DNA of 64,000 nucleotides from an uncultured Pseudomonadota bacterium (GTDB taxonomy: Bacteria; Pseudomonadota; Alphaproteobacteria; Rs-D84; CACZYB01), in assembly GCA_902785275.1 (NCBI GenBank), contig CACZYB010000006.1, positions 1-64,000 of the forward strand, in the 5' to 3' direction. Both the position numbers and the translations under genes were made by a program. The stretch's first letter is position 1. Each line of letters starts with the position of its first letter. Below the pieces are notes generated by a model, which worked only from the letters and a program-made list of their open reading frames with translations, was not told where the DNA came from and searched no databases. This document shows positions 56,811 through 64,000 of the stretch, piece after piece.

Positions 56811-59800
56811 TTATTCCTTAACAATATTTTTATTTTTTGTTAATTTATCGATAATTCCATCAAAAAAGGCGAAAAGTACAGGAATGAAAATCACACCAAT
56901 CGAAGTTGCAAAAATCATTCCGAAAAATACACTTGTACCCATTGATATTTGAGACTGAGCCCCGGCTCCACTTGCTATTACCATAGGGAAAACTCCAAGA
57001 ATAAAAGTAAACGCAGTCATCAAAACCGCACGAAATCTTTCCCCTGCTCCATCAATAGATGAGGTTAAAATATCGTATCCTTTTTTTCTATAATCAAGAG
57101 TAAATTCTACGATTAAAATAGCATTTTTACTTGCAAGTCCGATAAGCAAAACTATACCTAACTGGGCGTAAATAGAAAGTGGCAAGCCCAATAATGAAAG
57201 TCCGATTAACGCTCCAATTATTGCAAAAACATTTGAAAACATAACAGACAATGCAACAAGCCAACTTTCGTATAATGCCACCAAAAATAGATATCCAAAG
57301 ATAAAAGCTAAAGAGATTAAAATCATAATTAAGCCTTGAGATTCAACCTCTTGTAAACTTAGTCCAGTCCAAGAGACAGAATAGTCTCGACCCAGTTTTT
57401 TTATCATGTTTTGTATTTCTTTTATAGCTTCACCGGTACTTACATTAGGTTTTGTAGAAGCAGTAATACCGGCACTTAGATATTGATTAAACCTTGAAAA
57501 AATCTTTGGTACCAATACCGTTGAAAGGGTTGCGATTTCTTTTACCTGTATAAGTTTGCCGATATTTGATTTGATGTAAATATTTTCAACATCAGCAAAA
57601 TTCTTTCTGTATGGAAATTCAGATTGAACAATAACCTTATTTACCTGACCTTGGGTTGTTATATTATTAACATAACTTGAACCCAAATTTGTTTGTAAAA
57701 CAGAGAAAAATGTTGATACAGGGATTTTTAAACTTTCAAGTTTTACCCTATCAAGATTTAAGAAAATATGCGATGTACCAGCCATAAACCCAGAGAATGC
57801 GTACTCGAACAATGGAGATTTATTCAAATCATATAAAAACTCCTCCAATACCTTATAAAATTCTTCGATACCTAAATCTTGGTTAAAGGCATTAAGTTGA
57901 AAACTTAAACCATTAGCATTTCCCACACCAGGGATGGATGGCAAAGAGTAAAAATCGATACTTGCATTCATATCATCTTTATAATAAGAACGGAATTTTT
58001 GTTCCAAAGAAGATTGAGATAAATTTTTCGAAGTTCGTTTACTCCAATCTGAAAGTCCGATAACTCCCATACCAATATTTTCACCACTACCACTAGCAAA
58101 ACTGGTTCCGGAAATTCCGATAAAGAAGTCGACCCCCTTTTCTTTTAAAGCTTTCTTTGAAATATCGGAAAGAACTAATTTGGTTTGGTTCAAACTTGCA
58201 TTATCGGAAAGCTTTATATTTGCAAGGATAAGTCCTTGATCTTCCTGTGGAATAAATGATGTAGGCACAACCTTAAAAAGATAGTAAATACCAATTATTA
58301 CACCACAAATTATAAGTATAGATAGCTTCATTTTTTTACAGAAAAATTCAACAAATTTTAGATATTTTTGTTTTGAAGCATCCAAAATCTTATCAAACCA
58401 AACGAAAAATTTTGGTTTATAATTATATTTTTTATTCAAGAATATAGCACAAAGTGCAGGACTTAATGTCAACGCATTTATAGAAGAAAAGCTAACCGAT
58501 GTTGCAATAGTTACAGCAAACTGTTTATATATTTCTCCGGTAAGACCAGCCATAAGTCCAACAGGGATAAATATTGATAAAAGAACCAAAGTTGTTGCAA
58601 CAACGGCACCACTTATTTGCTCCATAGCTTTTTCCGATGCATTTACACTATCAAGATGTTCTGTTTCCATTAAATATTCAACACGTTCAACTACAACAAT
58701 TGCATCATCAACAACCAAACCTATTGCCAAAATCATAGCAAATAAAGTAAGAATATTTATGTTAAATCCAAGCATATAAATAATGGTAAAAGTTGCAATT
58801 AATGACACCGGAATAGTTATTGTTGGGATAAGTGTTGCCCATGGATTTTGCAAAAATACATACACAACTAACACCACCAAAGCAAATGTTAAAAACAAAG
58901 TATAAACAATACCTTCAATACTCGCTTTTACATATTTAGTTGAATCATAAACAACCTCAAAATCCATATCATCAGGGAATGAATTTTTCAACCTATTCAT
59001 TTCTGATTTTAAATTTTTCATAACCTGTAAACTGTTACTGTTTGGGGTTTGACTTAACCCAATAATCACAGAAGGCGAATCATTAAAACTTGATTGTATA
59101 GTATAGCTATCGGCACCTATTTCTATTTTTGCAATATCTTTTAGTCTGACTATGGCACCATCATCACCAGTAGCGACAATGATATTTTCAAATTCACTTA
59201 CCGTACTAAGTTGCCCCTTTGCCATAAGAGAAAGTACCAAATTTGTATTTTGTGCCGAAGGAACTGTACCTATACTTCCAACACCAGCCTGAATATTTTG
59301 ATTTGAAATTGCACTTATCACATCCTGTGAAGAAAGTCCAATTGATGCCATTTTAAGTGGATTCATCCAAACCCTTATACTGTTTTGTGGACCGTAAATA
59401 TTTACATCACTAATACCCTTAACACGACTTAGCGGATTTTGAATATTGGTATAGGCAAAATTACTTAGATAAAGACTGTCATAAGTATTATTTGGTGAAC
59501 GAAGAACAATCATACCCAAAATGTTTGAAGATTGAGTTTTTATTGTTAAACCTTCTTTCATCACAACTTCTGGTAAAATAGAATTTATTTGCTGAATCCT
59601 ATTTTCAACCTTTACCTGTGCAATATCCGCATCGGTTCCTATATCAAAAGTTATTGTAAGTTGGTAAAGCCCGTTATCATCAGATGTTGATGACATATAA
59701 AGCATATTTTCAACACCATTTACTGCATTTTCTATTGGTACAGCAACAGTATTCATAACAGTTGTTGCATTTGCACCTGGATAAACTGCTTTTACCAATA

Positions 59801-59933
59801 TTTGAGGAGGGGTAATTTGAGGATACTCGGATACTGGTAAAACAATCAAAGCCATAAGTCCGAACAAGACCATAACCAAGGCAATCACTATTGCAAAACG
59901 TGGACGCTTAATAAAAAAGGATGAAAAATTCAT
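56811..59933 (-). CDS. HAE1 RND efflux transporter (AcrB/CmeB type)
   Basis: FFIKRPRFA, AIGLVVDDAIVVVE, GLASKNAILIVEF, RFRAVLMT. Confidence 0.96.
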   Translation of the reverse strand: MNFSSFFIKRPRFAIVIALVMVLFGLMALIVLPVSEYPQITPPQILVKAVYPGANATTVMNTVAVPIENAVNGVENMLYMSSTSDDNGLYQLTITFDIGTDADIAQVKVENRIQQINSILPEVVMKEGLTIKTQSSNILGMIVLRSPNNTYDSLYLSNFAYTNIQNPLSRVKGISDVNIYGPQNSIRVWMNPLKMASIGLSSQDVISAISNQNIQAGVGSIGTVPSAQNTNLVLSLMAKGQLSTVSEFENIIVATGDDGAIVRLKDIAKIEIGADSYTIQSSFNDSPSVIIGLSQTPNSNSLQVMKNLKSEMNRLKNSFPDDMDFEVVYDSTKYVKASIEGIVYTLFLTFALVVLVVYVFLQNPWATLIPTITIPVSLIATFTIIYMLGFNINILTLFAMILAIGLVVDDAIVVVERVEYLMETEHLDSVNASEKAMEQISGAVVATTLVLLSIFIPVGLMAGLTGEIYKQFAVTIATSVSFSSINALTLSPALCAIFLNKKYNYKPKFFVWFDKILDASKQKYLKFVEFFCKKMKLSILIICGVIIGIYYLFKVVPTSFIPQEDQGLILANIKLSDNASLNQTKLVLSDISKKALKEKGVDFFIGISGTSFASGSGENIGMGVIGLSDWSKRTSKNLSQSSLEQKFRSYYKDDMNASIDFYSLPSIPGVGNANGLSFQLNAFNQDLGIEEFYKVLEEFLYDLNKSPLFEYAFSGFMAGTSHIFLNLDRVKLESLKIPVSTFFSVLQTNLGSSYVNNITTQGQVNKVIVQSEFPYRKNFADVENIYIKSNIGKLIQVKEIATLSTVLVPKIFSRFNQYLSAGITASTKPNVSTGEAIKEIQNMIKKLGRDYSVSWTGLSLQEVESQGLIMILISLAFIFGYLFLVALYESWLVALSVMFSNVFAIIGALIGLSLLGLPLSIYAQLGIVLLIGLASKNAILIVEFTLDYRKKGYDILTSSIDGAGERFRAVLMTAFTFILGVFPMVIASGAGAQSQISMGTSVFFGMIFATSIGVIFIPVLFAFFDGIIDKLTKNKNIVKE

Positions 59934-59936
59934 TGA

Positions 59937-61061
59937 TTAATCCTCCTCTTTTGCATAGATATTTTGTTTCAAATCCATATCGGAAAGAGTATTCAAAATA
60001 ACAACATCACCAGAATTAAGACCACTTTCAACAACAAAATTATTTTCCTTTGTTTGACCTATTTCAATAAAGGTTTTCTTTGCTTTATTTTCATCCAAAA
60101 GGTAAACAAAGGTTCCCTCTGGTTTGAAATAAACGGCACTTTGTGGAATAAGTATTGCATTTTTGATTTGTTTTTCCATGATTACATCAACATAAGCATT
60201 TGCAATTAAAACCTTATCTGGATTTGGAAAATCAGCATAAACCTTAACCGAGCTTGTGGCAGAAGATACTTCATTATCAAGGAAACGAATTTTTCCAACT
60301 TCGTCATAAATCTTTTTATTTGAAAGGCGAAGCTTCACAATCCAATCCTTAAAAATATTTTTGGGATTTGATTTCATTTCACTTATATACTCCTTATCCG
60401 CAATAGAAAAAACTACACGAATAGGGTTAAATTGAATAATTTTTACCAAAGGTTTACTGTTGGGTGAAACATAATCACCAGTTGTTATTGAAACATCACC
60501 TACTGTTCCGTTTATTGGTGAGGCGATAACTGTATAATCATAATTTATCCTACTTAAATCATACTTTGACATTGCAGAGTTTAAGGAAGCTTCTGCCGAA
60601 AGATAGTTTGTTCTTGCATTATCTATTTCCGTTTTTGAAACAGCCTTGCTTCCAACATCTTTCATTCTTTCATAGTAAGTTTTTGCATTTTCGAAATTTG
60701 CTTTTGCCTCCAATACATTAGCATAGGCCGCATCAACATCAGCCTTATATTTTGCCTGTCTTATAATAAAAAGGATATCTCCAATATTTACATTTTGCCC
60801 ACCACGAACAAGGACTTTTTCAATAAATCCAGAAATAAAAGGAAGTACCGAAACGGAATTTATTGGTGTAACAATACCAACATATTCCTTTGACAGAGTT
60901 ACATTTTGTGGTTCAATTTCTTGTACACTAACCACAATATTATCACTTCCATAATTTGCATTTTTATGTTCTCCTATTACATAATATTTATAAAAAAACA
61001 CCCCTAAAATAAAAAGAAGTGCCAACATAATAAGAAGTTTTAACTTTCTCTTTTTATCCAT
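59937..61061 (-). CDS. RND periplasmic adaptor (MFP)
   Basis: N-terminal TM; lipoyl half-motifs ISGFIEKV...GQNV and YTVIASPING. Confidence 0.93.
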   Translation of the reverse strand: MDKKRKLKLLIMLALLFILGVFFYKYYVIGEHKNANYGSDNIVVSVQEIEPQNVTLSKEYVGIVTPINSVSVLPFISGFIEKVLVRGGQNVNIGDILFIIRQAKYKADVDAAYANVLEAKANFENAKTYYERMKDVGSKAVSKTEIDNARTNYLSAEASLNSAMSKYDLSRINYDYTVIASPINGTVGDVSITTGDYVSPNSKPLVKIIQFNPIRVVFSIADKEYISEMKSNPKNIFKDWIVKLRLSNKKIYDEVGKIRFLDNEVSSATSSVKVYADFPNPDKVLIANAYVDVIMEKQIKNAILIPQSAVYFKPEGTFVYLLDENKAKKTFIEIGQTKENNFVVESGLNSGDVVILNTLSDMDLKQNIYAKEED

Positions 61062-61120
61062 ATTGCCTCCCCTTACCTAATCTGGTTGCATATTAAATTA
61101 GGTCAAAGGGTTTGGCAATA
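61061..61120 (-). promoter_or_regulatory. Long hairpin covering the SD and first base of the start codon of the RND operon
   Basis: mRNA UAUUGCC.CCCUU.ACCUAAU pairs with AUUAGGU.AAGGG.GGCAAUA(UG). Confidence 0.65.
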
Positions 61121-61131
61121 ATCTGATATTC

Positions 61132-61479
61132 CTATGGAAGCTTAATGCGTAAAATAGGCGCGCATTTTTCTTTTATAGAGTTTTTGATTTGCTCATTTAA
61201 TAAATGTCTTTTAGTATCTGAAATTACAGACAAACCAGCAGATTTAAAGGTGTAATCCATAACTTGCTGACGACATTTACAAAAAGAAACTAATTGTTCT
61301 TTGGCAACATGAAGACTTTCCAAACAAGCAATTTGTTCCTCAAGGGAAACTCTATCCAGTTGAAATTTCAAAGAATTAGATAAAGTTCCAATAAAAAGAA
61401 ATACAACACCAAAGAAGATAAAACAAAGATAGAAATAATCCTTTCTGACTAGTTTCGATTTTTTCAACTTATTTTTCAT
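61132..61479 (-). CDS. Membrane-anchored Cys4-domain protein
   Basis: Basic N-terminus, TM, AC...FCKC...EKC. Confidence 0.7.
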   Translation of the reverse strand: MKNKLKKSKLVRKDYFYLCFIFFGVVFLFIGTLSNSLKFQLDRVSLEEQIACLESLHVAKEQLVSFCKCRQQVMDYTFKSAGLSVISDTKRHLLNEQIKNSIKEKCAPILRIKLP

Positions 61480-61488
61480 AATCTTTTT

Positions 61489-62106
61489 CTACTTTATTTT
61501 TCTCGGAAATTTCTTAAGGCACTTTTTTGAACCAGCGATAACATCACTTAAATATACAGGCAAAAATTTTTTATATTTTATTTTATCGTCTTCTGAACTA
61601 TTTTCATTTTCGCCAAAGTAAAAAATTTTCCATTTTTCTTCAGTCATAGAAGATAGTGTTTCGTTTAATCCACATTCACAATATTCTTTTCTTTTGCCGG
61701 ATGTGCGTAAACAGTTATCCATAAAAGACTTTTTAAAATTATCCTGCATATTTTTCATTTCTTCAGGAGAAACAAATCTACTATCTTTATTATCATTTCC
61801 ATCAAATAATGAAATACAGTTTTTATGAGCAACGTTATGAAGTTTTTTCCCTAAATATTTGAAATAAAACTTCCCAGATTGTTCAGCATAACAACGACAA
61901 TAATCATTTGAAAATTTATGACGCAGACAAGAAATTTCTTTATCTTTAATAAATTGTAGATAATTTATTGTGCTAAAAATCACATAAAGACAAAGAATAC
62001 TAAAAGCAATACGTAGTAATATTGAACTTTTACAAGTAAAAGCTTTAAGTAAAAGTTCTTTTACTTTATTTTCTTTTCTTGATTTTTTCTTCATTTCTAT
62101 TTCCAA
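61489..62106 (-). CDS. Membrane-anchored protein with two Cys4 domains
   Basis: SC..YCRC..KNC and NC..YCEC..KKC. Confidence 0.75.
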   Translation of the reverse strand: MEIEMKKKSRKENKVKELLLKAFTCKSSILLRIAFSILCLYVIFSTINYLQFIKDKEISCLRHKFSNDYCRCYAEQSGKFYFKYLGKKLHNVAHKNCISLFDGNDNKDSRFVSPEEMKNMQDNFKKSFMDNCLRTSGKRKEYCECGLNETLSSMTEEKWKIFYFGENENSSEDDKIKYKKFLPVYLSDVIAGSKKCLKKFPRKIK

Positions 62107-62118
62107 TAAAAATTTATC

Positions 62119-62526
62119 CTATCTGTATTGTTTACATTTTTCTGCTGTTTCCATTGAAACACGCATTAAATTAGAAATAAGTTTTTTGTATTTTTTAACA
62201 TCTTTTGCATCGGAATGTTGATTTTCCGCAAAGTAAATAACTCTCCAATCAGCATCAGTTATACGAGAAAAAGTTAAATCCAAAGCACAATCACAAAATT
62301 CTTTGTTTCCTTTTGATGTAAACATACAACTTATCATAGATGCATTTTTGAAATTTGTTTTTACCGATTCCATTCTTTCGGCAGGAATAACCCTTGAATC
62401 TCTTTTAAGAAATGCAAATGAAACAGCACCAGCAACCAAAACAATGGTTGAAAGTACGAAAATTTTCTTTCTTAAACTTGTTCCATTTTTTTCGATTTTT
62501 TTCTGTGATTTTGAATCTTTAGTCAT
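62119..62526 (-). CDS. Membrane-anchored Cys4-domain protein
   Basis: SC..FCDC..EKC; clear paralog of the second domain of 61489-62106. Confidence 0.75.
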   Translation of the reverse strand: MTKDSKSQKKIEKNGTSLRKKIFVLSTIVLVAGAVSFAFLKRDSRVIPAERMESVKTNFKNASMISCMFTSKGNKEFCDCALDLTFSRITDADWRVIYFAENQHSDAKDVKKYKKLISNLMRVSMETAEKCKQYR

Positions 62527-62536
62527 GATTTCCTCC

Positions 62537-63202
62537 TTATTTTAAGATTACACAATCGTCGTCAATGATAAGGTCAGCTTCGGTTGTAGCCTTTATATCT
62601 TCGATTGAAGAATAAGGGCTTACCTCACGCAAATGAAGACCATCTGCTTCGACCTTTATCACGCATTTTTCGGTAATAATTAAATCCACCGCGCCAACAG
62701 CAGTTAGTGGTAAAGTACATTTATGAAGTATTTTTGGTGAACCATCCTTTACACAATGTTCCATTGCGATGATAACTTCTTGTGCACCAACAACCAAATC
62801 CATCGCCCCACCCATTCCAGGAACTTTTTTCCCAGGGATAAGGTAGTTTGCAAGGTTTCCTTTTTCATCCACCTGAAGTGAGCCAAGCACAGTTTTATTT
62901 ATATGCCCACCGCGAATCATCACAAATGAAAGGGAGCTATCGAAAAAAGCACCACCTTCAAGTATTGTTGCATTTGCACCACCAGCATCGGTAATTCTTG
63001 TATCTTCGGAACCTACCTCAGGTCTTGGACCACAACCGACAATACCATTTTCCGCCTGAACCCAAATATGAACACCTTCAGGAAGATAGTTTGCGGCTTC
63101 GGTTGGCATACCAATTCCAAGGGTTACAACATCACCATCCTTGAATTCTTTGGCTACACGTTTAACAATATATTTTCTTAATTCTTCTTTTGAAATTTCC
63201 AT
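62537..63202 (-). CDS. atoA: Acyl-CoA:3-oxoacid CoA-transferase beta subunit
   Basis: LGIGMPT, QAENG, PGMGGAMDLV. Confidence 0.9.
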   Translation of the reverse strand: MEISKEELRKYIVKRVAKEFKDGDVVTLGIGMPTEAANYLPEGVHIWVQAENGIVGCGPRPEVGSEDTRITDAGGANATILEGGAFFDSSLSFVMIRGGHINKTVLGSLQVDEKGNLANYLIPGKKVPGMGGAMDLVVGAQEVIIAMEHCVKDGSPKILHKCTLPLTAVGAVDLIITEKCVIKVEADGLHLREVSPYSSIEDIKATTEADLIIDDDCVILK

Positions 63203-63203
63203 A

Positions 63204-63854
63204 TTATTTTTCCTTTACCACTATGTAATCAATAAACACGCCCGGAATAACCACTTCGTTTGGATCAAGATATCCGTCAATAAATTCATCAGCCTCTACA
63301 ATAACAACATCAGCAGCAGTCGCCATAACAACATTTGTATTTCTGGTAGTTCCGATAAATGATATATTTCCAGCTCTGTCAACATTTGATCCATAGATAA
63401 GTGCTACATCACCCTTTAATGGAAGTTCCAAAAGATAATTTTTTCCATTAACAGTTACAATTTGTTTACCCTTTTCAACTTCTGTACCAATTCCTGTTGG
63501 TGTCAAAACTCCACCCAAACCCGCACCGGCAGAACGAATACGTTCGGAAAGAGTCCCCTGTGGGACAAGCTCCACTTCCAACTCACCGGCATTCATCTGG
63601 CGACCTGTTTCTGGATTCATACCAATATGAGATGCAATAACCTTTTTACATCTTTTTTCTGATACCAAAAGCCCCCTATCAGAATCGGTAAACGAAGTAT
63701 CATTTCCAACAATAGTTAAATCCTTAATATCTGTTTTTAAAATTTCATTTATAACTTCAGTAGGAGTTCCACATTTAAGAAATCCACCAATAAGGACAGT
63801 CATCCCCGATTTAATAAAAGAGCAAGCTTCTTTCGCCGAAATAATTTTTGCCAT
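63204..63854 (-). CDS. atoD: Acyl-CoA:3-oxoacid CoA-transferase alpha subunit
   Basis: IGGFLKCGTP, PQGTLSERIRSAGAGLGG. Confidence 0.9.
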   Translation of the reverse strand: MAKIISAKEACSFIKSGMTVLIGGFLKCGTPTEVINEILKTDIKDLTIVGNDTSFTDSDRGLLVSEKRCKKVIASHIGMNPETGRQMNAGELEVELVPQGTLSERIRSAGAGLGGVLTPTGIGTEVEKGKQIVTVNGKNYLLELPLKGDVALIYGSNVDRAGNISFIGTTRNTNVVMATAADVVIVEADEFIDGYLDPNEVVIPGVFIDYIVVKEK

Positions 63855-63988
63855 TTAACATCCTATTTTTTAGACATATACCAGGATAAATCTAACATAA
63901 AAAGCAAAATTTTTCAACAAAAACCTAAATATTAAAAAATCCTTGAAATTTTATGATTCAAAGTGCAAAATTCATATAGGAGGCGAAA

Positions 63989-64000
63989 ATGGAAAGAAAC
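63989..64000 (+). CDS. Start of an unknown gene (partial)
   Basis: AGGAGG RBS followed by ATG GAA AGA AAC at the window edge. Confidence 0.5.

Overview
AT-rich chromosomal window from an Alphaproteobacterium. Gene content and order (DUF2155-mlaD, DUF2062-acpS-lepB-rnc, rne/amiC, rpmF-plsX-fabH-ihfA-merR) suggest an uncultured, host-associated lineage; the taxonomy is inferred. The backbone is housekeeping genes (translation, lipid/LPS, DNA repair, RND efflux, CoA transferase) plus three tRNAs (Ser-CGA, Glu-TTC, Thr-GGT). A dif-like XerCD site at 43646-43673 coincides with a switch in gene orientation, so the window probably spans the replication terminus. About 16 orphan or accessory genes without signal peptides are scattered between the housekeeping blocks, mostly monocistronic with their own sigma70-like promoter. 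Several are followed by one conserved hairpin (CCCYGYC-loop-GRYGGGG) and half end in a terminal Arg. They include a divergent RelA/SpoT-like nucleotidyltransferase with a coupled partner, an HExxH peptidase-like protein, an HD-GYP protein, a repeat protein and a triplicated small-gene cassette, which together could be an undescribed secreted-effector repertoire (inference). Other oddities are an Lgt-PgeF fusion, a SuhB with a degenerate catalytic motif, an RBS-occluding hairpin before the RND operon, a Cys4 paralog trio and a Cys-rich TSP1/GCC-like protein missed by the ORF track. All calls come from reading the sequence by eye; no searches were run.
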